The position numbers and the translations under genes were made by a program. This document shows positions 44,331 through 57,700 of a stretch of 64,000 bases of DNA, one piece after another (the stretch's first letter is position 1; each line of letters begins with the position of its first letter). The notes below the pieces were generated by a model. The model was not told the origin of the DNA. It did not search any database and saw only the letters and a list, made by a program, of their open reading frames with translations. Origin of the DNA: Microbotryum violaceum (taxonomy: Eukaryota); the NCBI GenBank assembly GCA_001244265.2, contig CDLV01000021.1:1-64000 (forward strand), read 5' to 3'.

Positions 44331-46707
44331 ATGCCAGACTTGTCGTGGTTTCACTCGGCCCTTCTCCTTTCATGTCTCGGGACGCTCGCGCTTTCGCAAC
44401 CCATCAACCTAACTACGTACCATCTCTACGACAGCTCACACGCCGCACAAGGTTTAGTTCATCCCGATGCCCTACGGGGAGAGCTCGTACAAACACCTTC
44501 AGCCTTGTTGAATGCACTCGGTTTACGCGATGCTGAGTTGTTCGTGTGGGCGAGTCCGAAGGGTGCGTGCCCTTGCGTCTTATCTTCTCTCGCGCCACTC
44601 CTATCAACAGGGGCAATTTACACGCGCTTTATCTGTTTCAGAACTGACTTCACCTTTTGTCAAATTGAAAAGGCACGAGGGGGACTTCGCAGGTCGCTAT
44701 AATGCAGATGGAAACTCACGAGAAGCAGAAGGTAAGTCGCTACATTTTGGCAAAGATTCCTCCCACGCTCGCTCCTGACAAGCGACGGCCCGCATACCCC
44801 TTTCCAGGTCCTCAACATGCAGCGATTTTCCCAGCTCCTCGCTGCCGTCAAATGCAAACCTTCCCAAGTCACTATTCAATTCGTAACCAAAGCCGCTTTT
44901 GAAGCCGCCTCCCAGCTCTGGAGCGCTGTCAACTCGGATAGAATATGGCACCTCCAGCTCTTCACGAGCTGGAAGGGATGCTACACCGATGGCGGCAACC
45001 TCAAGCCTTTTCATCTCACCGAGGTTTCCTTTGATTCAGAGAAACTCGCCGCGACTTTGACCGGAAATGAAACGGACTGGAAGACGGCAGCCCACACCTT
45101 CATCATGTCAAGCGGGGAGCACTTCGACGAAACTCCTCCGACCGCCGACGGTTCCTCACGGCCCTTGTTGACCCGAAGCTCGATCTTTACCAAAGCGGGA
45201 AAGGAGTTCGCGAAAGAATTCAAGTCAGTCGCGAAGTCGATCGACAAAGTAGAGAACAAATTCCTCAAAAAGATCAGAAAAGAGTTACATGCCACGCTCG
45301 CCAACAAACACAAAGTCCTCCGCATAGCCTTCGACAAGTCCTATACGGGGACCAAAACTTTCTCCACTCCCGGAAAGGCCGCCAGTTTAAACGGATCGGT
45401 GACGTGCACCGGTTGTGGCCCCACGGGGAGTCTGGTACTTCACACTGTCATCAAGGTCACGTTGGGGGAAGAGCCAACGGTGAAGCTCACCATGAAGCCG
45501 CAGAACCTTGGAGTTTCGCTAGGGCTGGCGATGAGTGCGAAAGTGAGTGCGCTGGCTTGTGCTCGAGATGCATTTAACTCCCTGTGTCGAGGTCTCGAAC
45601 TGCAGAACTGACTACCAAGAAAACCCTAATCACAGAGCGACTTCCCCGAGTCCTTTGGAATCGAAACTCCCCTCCTCGAACAGACAATCCCCGCCGCCGG
45701 GTTCAAGATCCCCGAAATAGCCTCCGTCGGTCTCGTCGCTTCGCTAGGCTACGGAATCTCCGTCTCCAACTTCAAAGGCAACCTCAACGTCGCCAAAAAT
45801 GTGTCTGTCAGCATCCCTGATGGTGCAAAGCTCAACCTTCTCGTAAACCCTTCAAACGATGAGCAATCGAAGCTGGGAGGGAGTTGGGCTCCTGTTGCGC
45901 AGTCGACGCCGATGCATATTAGCGGATTTGGGTCGGGCGAATTCGCGGTCGGTCTCGGGATCTCGCTCAGTCTCAAAATGGAGGTCTTGAGCTTCGGTGG
46001 GTTTGAACCTTCGGTCTCGAAAATTCTGACAGCCACCTCGAACACTGCCGCTGATCTCGTTCCGGCCCCGCTTCCTCGCAGAAATCACCCCTGCCAAAAT
46101 CACGCTCAGCGGGCCCAGTATTGGCTTCGGTAAGCTTTGTCCAATCCTCGTGCCCAAGTCCTCAAAATCGGCTGCGTAACTTCCCCCCCCCTCTTCAGAA
46201 TTCGGTGTCTCAAGTAAAGAATGCGGGCCCTACACCTCCGTCGGCTCTTCACATGACCCAACGTATTACATCACCCCGAAGCTCGGTTTCTCCCTCTCCG
46301 TCGGTTCGGACCTCAATGTTGATTCGGGCACGTGGGGTCTCGGGATCCCGATCCCAGATAGCGGTGGACCTAACGTGAACAGCTCACATGGAACAGGAGG
46401 TAGCGGCGGTGGAGGTGGCGGGACTAATCCTCCTTATCCCTCATCAACCCACACCAACCCGGATCAAAAGGACTCCTCCCAGCCCGCTGTCAAAACGAGG
46501 TCCGTCAACAAACGCCATAACCACGACCCAATCGGCGCCTCGAAAATAAGCATCAGTGCCTCCAAGACTCTGTATGAACAGAGTTTCCGGCTCCACAGCC
46601 CGATCTGCTTTATGAGTGGGCTTCATCAACGACGACCGTTATCGAACCACGGGAGGAAGGACGAGCCGGATGGAGGTACTCGACGACTTTCGAACTCATC
46701 GGAGTAA
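44331..46707 (+). CDS. Predicted secreted protein of unknown function (multi-exon)
   Basis: Signal-peptide-like MPDLSWFHSALLLSCLGTLALSQP; long exons with VKC..F..AFEAASQLW..GC and VTCTGCGPTG; beta-rich C half; GT-AG introns; 3' exon structure uncertain. Confidence 0.65.
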
Positions 46708-47104
46708 GAAGTCCTCGGCCCAGCGGCTTCATCGTCATTCTCTCGCACAGACTCCTCACTACGGTAACACCACGCTTTGATAGCATAACGCAGCGCTACG
46801 TAGAGCCTCTTCTCATATATATCGTGACACCCCGGGGGTCGCATTTCTTGCCCAAGTTGTTCATGCAGTAACACGACGTTCTTTTGCACATCTTTCGCCA
46901 AAGAGGAGCCGACAGCTGTCCGGCTACGCCGACACTGGAGACAGATCCCCGAGCTGCGGGCGAATGGGGGAGATCCCATGCGAATCCTCGAAATCTCGAA
47001 ACAGGAGCTCTGCTCCTCCCTTTGTCTCACAGTTCCCAACACACAAATAAACCGAACTGCATTCCCACAATCCAAAGTCCTCTACCTCTCCCCCACGCTC
47101 TGAT

Positions 47105-49995
47105 CTACTCCCCTTTCTCGACGATTTTCGCCCACTTAGCGAAACCTTCCAATCCCTTCAGATCCTCCGCCTCTTCCAGTCCCGGCGATTCAGCCGGAGA
47201 ACTAACGAGACTCGAAGCCTGCGTCGGCGTACCGGGCGTCGGCGTTCTCCCGCCTTCAGCTCCTCCGTTTGAGCTTCCATTCGAGCCCGTGTTGGCGGAG
47301 GCGCCCTTGTCGGAGTCTCCCTCGTCGACCGAAGTCGCTCTCCTCGACGAATCTTGACTGACGCGTCGCTTGCCCTTGAGTTTTGCGACAACGGACATAG
47401 CGAGAAAAGTCTACGCGGCGAGGCGCAAGAAAACAAAGAATTCGATCTGCATCAACTCCCGATTTCTCCTCTCCTGATCCCGTTCCTAATTCCCAACTCA
47501 CCGAAGCCCGATAAACGTTCAACGCCCTCTCGACCTCCTCCCGCGTCGGCTCTTCCAAATCCACGCAATTCTCCTCATACGGCACCAACCTAGCCTCGCC
47601 TTCCTGATTCGTCCAAGGGTCGTCCCATATCTCCCCGATGCATATCCGCTGGTGGAGGTCTTTTTCGAGCATGCGTGAGAGGAGGTGTTGGAGGGTGGTG
47701 GGGAGGTGAGAGGGGTAGGTTGGGCTGGAAGCAAGACAATTGAGATCAGCTAAGAGGTGGAGGGTTAGAAGATTAGTAGAACTGGACGGACTTGACATTC
47801 TTGATCTGATGGAATAGCTCGGTCGCATCCGCATCGTCAAACGGTAGCCCACCGGTAACGAGCGCGTACAATGTCACACCTAGGAATACGTGAATGAGAT
47901 TAGCTACGCGCACCCAATCCTCGACGAGTGACCGAACAAACTCACCCAAACTCCAAATATCACCAGCATACCCATGCACATCCTGTCGATGCCTCACGGC
48001 CTGCGACCGATCCGGCCCACCCTGTTCTTGCTCACGCTGCTGCCCCGCCCCTGCGCCCAACAACTCAGGTGGCATGTACGCCGGCGAGCCCTTGGCATCG
48101 AGTTTGTCCCCCGTCTCGGCGGTGAATTTGGATATGCCAAAATCGATGAGCTTGACGGAGCGCTTGTCGGCCATGAAGAGGCAGTCTGTGATGGCCGTAG
48201 CTTGTCAATGACTCGTCTCAATCGGATCGGGTTTGGAGCTCGGGCACTCACTATCGGGTTTGATGTCGCGATGTATGATACGGTTATGATGGAGATATGC
48301 GACGCCTGCAAGATCACCCCCAAGTAAGAAACGAGCCATGCGACCGCACACTTGCTCCATCAAGATGGACGTACCAAGCACGAGTTGCTGAAACACGCGC
48401 CGAGCTTCGTCGAGCGGCATCGGATCGGTCTTTTTGCCGGCTTCGATGCGCATGATGGGGCCACCGGCGCAGAGTTCCATCACTGTGGTTCAGGAGAGAC
48501 AGTGTAAGCGCTAGAAGCGCTGCTTGAATGAGTAGAAAGGGCCAAGAGCTTACCGATAAGCAGAGCGTCATCGCTTGAATCGAAAAGAGATTCATCCTTC
48601 AGCATCGACGAAAAATGGCTGTCCCTGATATTCCCGTCACTCACCTCGTCACATCCAGAACCTCATGTATAGTCGCAATACACGGATGCTTGACCTTCTT
48701 CATGATAGCAATCTCCGTGCCTATACCGCGCCAGACCAAAAAATCAGCTACCAATGGGATATCACCAAGCTCGAAAGCGATTCCCACCTCCAACTCACGA
48801 ACGAGATCCAGGTTATCGGACCCTTGTTTATCATCGAAATCTTGCGTACAGGCCCGTTTCGAGACCATCGCGGAGCCACCTCTCCCTCTTCCTCTTCCTC
48901 TCCCCCTCCCTCCCCCAGCCATGCGCTCCCTTCGTGCCTGTTCACTCGCGGCAATCTGCCTCAGTCGCCGCTTGCTGAATTCTTTCATCGCCTGTACGTC
49001 AACAAATCAGAGAAATATTAGCAAATCTGGAAGAAGCTCGACTGTCCATCTGCTCAACATACGTATTCGACGCCCGTCTCCCTATCGGTCGCCCTTTCGA
49101 CCGTCGCATAACTCCCCTTGCCCAACGACCCCTTCTTATCCTTACCGAGGAGGTACTGATTGACGGATCGCACGCCATCCTCATCCTCTACCGCATACGC
49201 ATTCAACGTCTCTTTGTAATTTCGTGCGGGACTGCTCGAGCCACTCGCACCCGAAGTCGATCTTCGTGGCGTCGAATGGGTCGCAGGACCCCGCGCTGCT
49301 CGAGACGACGAGTCCGAAGTTGGGCTCTGGATCGACGGATCGGACGCCGGTTCCTCCCTCAACGCATCGGTCGGCAAAAGGGACGATTTGTTCAAGGGTG
49401 ACTTGAAGGTATGCACATTCTCGATGGGCCATCGAAGGGTTTGTAACCGCGCGGGCGAGTCGACGGGTGTAGGAGGGGTGAGTGTATGCGAAACTACGGC
49501 GGGCGACGACGAGGACGAAGACGACGACGAAGAAGCGGGGGTTCGCAACTTGGTCAAGAGGGGTGATGATGCACGAAGTTGGTTCTTGGAGGAAGATGAT
49601 GGACCCAACGACGGCGCGGTGTCTGTGGTTTTGTTGGTCGTCTCTACGTCGGGGTTATGTGCTTGCTCCTGTCCAGACGATGTCGTGCTCGTGCTCGTGC
49701 TTTCGGTTGTGATCACGGGCGGACACCTGGTGGGCACGATCATACTCGACGGTTCATCGACCTGCACCGAGTTGGGGATGATCATGGTCGTCGCCGGTGT
49801 CAACTCGGCCTCTTGATCGTCGTCACTGCGATGCTCGACCGTAGCCGAATGATCGATCGTCAACGTCGGCGGGGCTAGAGAAGAAGTAGTCCGAGTAGTC
49901 TGACTCTGGGACGATAACGCGCTGCTCGGTTCTGATTCTGATTCTGATGCCGAATCGAGTTCACGTCCAGCTCGCTGGGAGGACGGAGGTGACAT
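47105..49995 (-). CDS. CAMKK/Ssp1-Sak1-type Ser/Thr protein kinase (multi-exon)
   Basis: VNQYLLG..LGKGSYATV; AMKEFSKRRLR; EIAIMKKVKHP; YLHHNRIIHRDIKPD; DFG; GSPAYMPPE; DIWSLGVTLY; long Ser/Thr/Pro-rich N-terminus; start codon uncertain. Confidence 0.9.
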
Positions 49996-50485
49996 GATCA
50001 CACCTGCTGAAGGGGTAGGTTCGGGCTGTTGTTCCTGGTCGGAGTCGTCGTTGGCGTCTTGACAGAGCAGCGTCTTCCACATGTGCGGCTCACAAGCCAA
50101 TCTAATGTGGCGCGCGAAGGGGAACGAAGCAGAGCAGAGCCAACGACGGGCATTTGTCGCGGCCAGCCCTGCAGCAGTCGGCCAGGCAGACTAATTGGGC
50201 CAGATGGGGCCAGATGGGGGTGGCCCAAGCTGGCCCAGGCTGGCCCAGGCTGCGGCTGGACGGAAATAGATACGAGGAATGGTCATGTGATTTAGGGGCA
50301 AACTCCATGCATACTAGGGGTTTGGCCTTATTTTGAGCTCCCGGATAGGCTCTCATTTCCAACTCCGGAATCTGCTCCCGAATACGATCTCATTCCAAGT
50401 TTGTTTTTGTTTTCCTTTCAGAGCCATGTACTGTCATTCCAATCGATCCGGACCAGCCCCACTTGGGTGTCATCCGCTGCCCTCG

Positions 50486-50869
50486 TTACAGCAACCTCAT
50501 TCCGAATCGCACCAGCAAACCCACGCTCAGCAACTACACCAATCCAAAGTAGAATCCTATCAGTACAAAATCGACATACTCGCACCAGACCGCGCATGCT
50601 GAACGTACCGTCACCAAGCCCGAAGGCATGAACTTGCCCGACCTCAACGCCCTGGGCCCCATCATCCCGATCAACACCAAGCTGACGCCGACAATCAACC
50701 CAACCTGTCTCCTGTTCTTGGTCTGTTGGTACACGCCCCAAAGAAGCAAAGCGCCCGAGCCTCCTCCCGAAACGAGGGAAGCGACGCTCCCTCGTTTGAG
50801 GTAACCCATTGCGCCACCGAACGCGATCAACGACGCGGCGACGTAGCCAAAGATGGTGTCGGCGTCCAT
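50486..50869 (-). CDS. TMEM14-family small membrane protein (2 exons)
   Basis: AASLIAFGGAMGYLKRGSVASLVSG..MGPRALRSGKFMPSGLV. Confidence 0.88.
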
Positions 50870-51311
50870 GTTTTGAGAGTGTGCTTCCAGGTGCGGTGGT
50901 TGTGCGATGGTGTTGTGCGATGCAGCGAGTGCCTTGTCTCGTGTGAGCGGTCGAGCGGCGTGTGATGCGTCAGGTGTGTGGGGGAGGAGCGGTGGGGAAA
51001 GGCCAATTCCAATTCCAACTAGCTGAAAGGACGTAGAACGATCAAACACTATTGAATTCGGGGCTACTTCACATTAGCAACCTTAACGGCGCGCGCACGA
51101 ATTCGATAAGCCGAAAATGAGATTGGGCGCGCTCTAAGGCCGAAATGTTATGCGCTCTGGTCACGCGCGCGCGGTCACGCGTGACACGCGCGATCGACGC
51201 GACTTTTGGTCGACGCCCTCGACGCGCCTTTCCTCACCTTTTTTTCTTTGGCCACCAACCCAACATTCCCAACTTCTGCATAGACGCCACCACCCAACCC
51301 CCTCCACCTCC

Positions 51312-54300
51312 ATGCCGATGACGGACCGACTGGTCGTTGCGCTGCACCTGCCTCAAGAGCTGCTTCCTCTCAGCGGCTCCCACGCGGTCGTCGCAGGCAA
51401 CAATCCCTCGAAGGCCTACTCCACCTCGACCACTCCACGAGGCTATGGTCCACCCATGCCCGTCGATGGCACCCCTTTGACGCGTCTCGTCTCCGCCACG
51501 CTCTACGACCACAGCCCCATCTCATCAAACGACCACCCCAACTCGCACGGCTCAAGCAATCGAACAGAATACGACCTCGTCGCTCTGCCCCTGACGAACC
51601 GCAATTGGCAAGAACGGTGGGAGAGCATGTGCGTCAGCATGACCAGCCAGAGTCAATTCGATCTGCAGGCACAGACGGGCAACAAATTGCAGTCGCAACA
51701 GGCACAATCGGTGGCGGAAGAGGCCGAGAGTTGGAGAGGTGGGGGAGCATTCCACAGGCATCAGGTCAACGTTACGCGTAGTGGTCAGTATGCGCACTAG
51801 GTACCTCACTCCGAGCAGTTTGGCACTGAAAAATCAAAGGTCTTTCCTCCCAGAGGAGACGGCAAGTCTGATCGCGTTCGCCTCCGATTGGCTCGAACTC
51901 GACTCGCCCGACGAAGGACTGCGCTTCGACTCTGAACTCGTACGATCGACGATCTTTTAGTATCCTGCAGCACCCATCACCGGACTAACAAAAAAAATGC
52001 GTTTTTCTGTACAGGCCCTACGACAAGAGGTCACGTACGCCTCGTACCTCTCGCTCACGACCATCATCGTCGCGCCTCCAAGAGCAGAGTTTGCCGACTT
52101 TTTGCCCGACTATGCCCGCGCCATCAACGGCGCCCTCGCGAGCAGTTGGCATATCAATGTGAGCGTCGCGTCGGGTAAAACCAGGCACGACTCACAGCAG
52201 GTGCTTAGCTTGTACCCAACTTCACCCACAGATATCGATCCAGTTACCTTTGAGCTTGCACCCACCCCCACACCTCGGAGGCCGGTCATCGACACCCGTT
52301 GGATCGTGGGCCTCGGCACAGGATGACTGTCAAACCTGGGAGTGGTGGAACACGATCCGGTCCATGTGTGGCTATTCGCCTCGTCTAAGCATTTGTGAGC
52401 CCATTCAATCTCCCTATCCCCGCATTGTTGTGGATCCAAGCTCAACCCGTTTCATTCTGTCGCACAGGTCTGGACCTGTCAAACGCGCTTCCTGCCACCC
52501 AATTTCTCGGTCGATGGGCCGCCGAACCGGTCAAGCACATCTTCCTCCCTTGCTCGACCTTCATCCCCAACGCCAAAGCCTACCCCGTCTTGACTAAATC
52601 TTTGCAAGCCTTTTTGAAAAGATGTTTCCGCTTCAACCCGACCGTCATTCTCTCTGGAACTCAGAAAGGTCTTCACGCGATGGGAGGCCCCTTGGCTTAC
52701 GTCCAATACGTCCGACATCTACATCGCAAAGCCGCGCCATTGGACCCTGTCGAACAGTACGCGCAAGGGTACATGGACCATCTGCAACTGCCCTTGCAGC
52801 CACTAATGGACAACCTCGAAGGCGAGACGTACGAAGGTTTTGAAAAGGATCCCGTCAAGTACCGCCAATACGAAGAAGCGGTCTACCAAGCCTTGCTCGA
52901 TCGACCAGAACGAATGCCCGTGACCATCTTCGTCGTCGGAGCAGGTCGAGGCCCCCTCGTCGCAGGCTGTCTACGCGCCGCCGAGCGTTCTCGCCGAAAA
53001 ATCATCATCACGGCCGTGGAGAAGAATCCGAGCGCGTACGTGATCCTACAAGAGCGAGCTGCGCTGGAATGGGGTTCATCGGTCAAGCTCGTCTTTTCGG
53101 ACATGCGGAGTTTTCACCCTCGAGAACAGGCGGATATCATCGTTTCAGAGTTGTTGGGCTCGTTCGGCGACAATGAACTGAGTCCCGAGTGCCTCGATGG
53201 CGTGATGAGGTGTCTCAAACGTGAGTCCGGCGCGAAGGTCACTCGAGTGCGATCCGTACTGAATTGTCTGGCGTCGACGCTTCCACAGCCGATGGCGTCT
53301 CGATCCCCTCCTCCTACACCTCTTACCTTGCCCCCATCACGACCTCAAAGTTACATGCCGAAGTGACCCGCCCCGTACCCCTAGGCACCTCCTCGACTTC
53401 AGCGGATTACAAACCCGCCGAATCACCCTACGTTGTCATGTTCTCTGCGTTCCATATCCTGAGTGCCAGTACGGGGCAAGAAGGTGGGGAGAGGGTGCAA
53501 GAGTGTTGGAGTTTCGTTCATCCCAATCCGAGGATCATATTCGGGCAAGATGGTCAGTTTTCTCAGGGTTCTCTCTCGGTACGACCACTCCACTGATGCT
53601 TAACCATCTCTCCTTCGTGTCCTTCGTTCTACCGCAGGTCTCCCCTTAACAAACAGTCACAACACCCGATCCGCACACCTCAGTTTCCATATTCCCTATT
53701 CAGGCGTCTGTCACGGTTTTGCGGGGTATTTCGAAGCGACGTTGTACAAGAACGTCGGGTTGTCAATCCACCCCGAACGCGCGGCGGGGGACATGTTGAG
53801 TTGGTTCCCAATTTTCTTCCCTTTGGTGGTACGTTTGGGTTCAGTTGTACAGAAAGAATCCGATTGATCGTCTCCTTCCGCACCACCCAGGATCCCATCT
53901 ACCTCCCCGCTTCCTCCTCCATCGACGTGCAAATGTGGCGCATGACGGACACTTCCAAGCGTAAAGTCTGGTTCGAATGGGCCGCCTCGGCGTACATGAC
54001 TATACCTTCCCCGATCATTACACCTTCCCCCAACCCCAATACGACGACAGTCACCACAGCTAGTGCTACAGGTGGCGGAGCCCGCACGTCGTACGATCCC
54101 CAAACGACCTGGATGGCGATGCCCAGCCCCCTGATGGACGATGGGATATTCCACTCCGCCCCCAGTCCCATGATCGGTTCCACGCCCCACCTCAAGAACG
54201 GTACTTCCCCAACAGATCGTCGGAACAGTGGCCGAATGCCCAACGCTCCAGACGAAGAAGGCTCGAATCAACAATCCCATACGTCGATGTCGATGGTGAT

Positions 54301-54370
54301 GAACAGGGTGTTGATCAATCAGAGCAAATTGCATAACCCGGGTGGTAGGACGAGTCATATTGGAGTTTAG
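51312..54370 (+). CDS. PRMT5: Protein arginine N-methyltransferase 5 (Skb1/Hsl7) (multi-exon)
   Basis: DHLQLPLQPLMDNLEGETYEGFEKDPVKYRQY; VVGAGRGPLV; AVEKNP; DIIVSELLGSFGDNELSPECLDG; HGFAGYFEA; MLSWFPIFFP; LHNPGGR. Confidence 0.96.
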
Positions 54371-54788
54371 TTTGGAGCAAAGGTGGGCGTAGCATATGTT
54401 ATTTTATTGTGGTTGCGTTTTGATTTATTGGAACTCGACCTCTTCCGTGTTAGCATCACCTCCCCCAAGTTCCCGCTCGGCGTTGGGTCTCGAACTCAGA
54501 CTGTTGAAAGTGCTGCACATGAGAAGGAGACGAACGAGCGTGAATGAATTGCTGTTGCATGCAAGGTTAGGTATCGCTTTGCGAGAGATAGAAAACATGA
54601 AAACAAAAAATGAAAGTGAAAGTTGCTAGAGAAAGAGGGCAGGAGGGATACCCTCTTTGTCAGTAGGGACAAATGTCTAGTGCAGAGCGAAAAAGTGATT
54701 AGGTAGTCTTGTCCAGAGAGTCCAAGGCGGTTGAAAGGAGAAAGCAGGTATCGCCGGTGCTCTTGACCAAGCAAGTTCCCGATGCCAA

Positions 54789-57700
54789 TCATTTGTGGGA
54801 CCTAAAGTTGAAGCCCAACTTCTTGAGCGTCACACCGGCCTTCTTCGGTTTCCGAATACTGGCCCCATCCCCACTCGCCGCTGCAGCCGCAGCTCCACGA
54901 CTCAGCGCAGCGAGCATCAACAGATCCGGTCCACCTCCCCCACCCGCGGCAGCGCCATTCCTCCCTCTCCCTCTCCCAATAGCCTCCAGAGTAGGCGAAG
55001 GCGACCTCCTCGAGCCCGTGGTGGTGGTCGTCCCAGTCGTCGTACTCGACCCCTTCCTCGAACTGTTCGTTGCGAGCCCCGACGGGATCCTCAAAGGGGA
55101 CGAGGTCCCACCGCCACCTCCAACTCCAACTCCTCGAGGCGTCATCAGCACCAAGCGATACTTGTCCTTGAAGCCACGGCCCCAGAGTGTTGTCGTTGTC
55201 GACGACCTGGCCTCCTTCCCTCCATTACGAGAGGTAGGAGCAGCAGGCTCATGATCGACGACATCCCAGTCTGAATCCGAAGTGCCGGATTCAAAGGACG
55301 GTCGAACCGCTTCGGGGGTGTGCGCAAGTGCGGATGGGTCGTGGAGTTGAACGTGGTCGAGTTGAATTGTGACCTCTTGAAGCGACGACGTGCGATAATC
55401 ACGATCCTGGTCGTAGGATGTAGGTTCCTCAACCTGATTTTCGTCCATGACCATCGCCTCGACCCGACTTTTAGTCTCCTCCGCTTCGCTACCTCCTACC
55501 GATGGGGGTCGAGCAACCCACTCCTCCTCCTCTCCACCCTCGTCAATCTGCGAAGTCTCGCTATAGAACGATTCCGCATCGCGGCCGTAGTATGAATCTG
55601 CGCATCAAATCAGAATACACCTCATAAGCACACACACACACACACCCTCGTTCAATTTTCCACTCGTCCCCACTCAAACTCACATCCATCAAACACGTCC
55701 CTCCCCTCCTCATCGACCGCCGACTCCGGCTCTCCATCGGGCGAGTCCCTCCCGGAGCCTTCTTCGGGTGCAGCGCCGGTCCCAACTTCGTTGGGCATGG
55801 AGAGGAACATCTCGTCGAATTGCGACGTGTCGCATGGGTCCGATGCGTTCAGGGTTGGGATAAAAGGGGGTACGTACTGCGGCGCGACATAAGGAATTCA
55901 TGAGGAAGGGGGGGTGGGGGGGTGTGAATGCGACAGACTTCTTCACGACTCACACGCCGATGATAGATGTGTTCCCACACGATCATACTGAAATACGGGT
56001 GTCGCTTGATGCGTTCGTCGGTCATACGCAACAGAGGATCGCGTTGTAGCAGACCTCGGAGCAGGGACTTGGTGTCATCGTCAAAGATACGATCCGTGTC
56101 GTCGAAATTGAGGTCTTCGTGTAGGACGCGATGATACACTGGATGTGAATGAGCGCGTGAGCGTAAGTAATCTTGAGAGCTTCACAAGGTGGGGGTTTGG
56201 ATGTACTTGTGGCATGATCCTCGGACCAGTAAGGCGTGACACCCGCAAGCATCTCCCACAGCATCGTTCCAAGCGACCAAGCATCCACCTCATACGAATA
56301 AGGCTCTCCAAGCAAGACCTCTGCAGCACGGATCGAAGGGCCAAATCAATCAGACACCACCGGCATATTCATCTTCTTCACACCAAATTCACCAGGACTC
56401 AGATACTCTGCCGTTCCACAGAACGTTGTTGTCGTTTCTCGCGTCGCTGGCCAGTTCGCCACCGAGGCCGAAGCTCTTCGTTCGCTATGCCCCGATGAGG
56501 AAAGCCAGTGAGGTCGCGGGAGTCCATCGTCGTCCTCACCAGCACGGGATGATCGATCTCGAGTCGCGTGTCCAAAGCTTTGTCGGATGACACGGGGAAC
56601 AATTCAGCATCGCGTATGAGCCGTGAGGGGCAGAAGCTTGTACTCACTCTTTCGACAGCCCAAAGTCAGTCAGCACAATATGCCCCTCGGCATTGATGAG
56701 CACGTTCTCCGGCTTGAGATCGCGATAAATGATCCCATTGGCATGCAACCCTTGCACCCCCTCGACAATCTCCGCCGTATAAAACCTCGCACGGTCACGA
56801 CCCAACCTACCCCATCTCGCAAGTTGAGTCGCCAAATCGCCCCCGGGGTGAAAGTCCAACGCAAGGTAGAGGGTCTCGCGATCGTGGAAGGAGTAGTGTA
56901 GCCGGACGACGAAAGGATTGATGGTCGCGTCGCGCGCACACATCTTGAGCACAGCTTGCTCGGTCTTGGTATGCGCCGATTCACGATGGGCGAGGACCTG
57001 TAGGCTCGTACGTTTGTCAGTATTGGCCTATCAAGAGCCTACTGAGATGGTGCCGTCGCTCACATGCTGTTTATGAATCGCCTTGAGTGCAAAGAGCGCC
57101 CCGTCCGTCTTTTGTCGTACGAGTAAGACCTTGCCCGCGCATCCTTTGCCGAGCACGCGCAGGATCTCGAACGAATCGATCGTCACGGCCTTGTCGTCTT
57201 TTCTCCTCCTCTGCAGTGTCTTGCCTTTTTTCTGTGTCGAAGAGGTTGCCACGGCATCACCAGATGTTTCGACGACGGAAGCGGGTCGTGATGCGCCAGG
57301 CGATTCGGTCGCTTTGCTCGGCTCCGGACTCTTCGGTATGGCATGAACTTCGGGCAGCGACTCGGGTTCCTCGATGGTTTCCTCGACCCGCTCAGCCACG
57401 ATACCGCTAGGCAAGCCCTGTTCGATCTCACTCCCAGCCGTACTAAGCGTGTCGGTCCCTGAGCTACTCTTGCGTTTGCCGTTGACGTTAAAGTCGAGTT
57501 TGGACGACGGGATCGGCGGTAACGGAAAGAGCGGGACATGTTCAGAGCTCGTCGTCCCTGCGGATGGGATGCTGTCCTCCGAGACGTTTAGACGACCTCG
57601 CTTCGCTTTGGTTGATGAAGGACCAATATATTTGGCGACGTTGCCCTGGTTCCCTTTGATTCGTCGTTCCAATCGCGCGCTCTCTAGGTCGTCCGGCCCA

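Noticed and set aside
50195-50256. Short GGGCCAGATG / TGGCCCAGGC repeats upstream of the kinase
   Set aside because: Only 2-3 short units with no terminal repeats or TSD; no function can be supported
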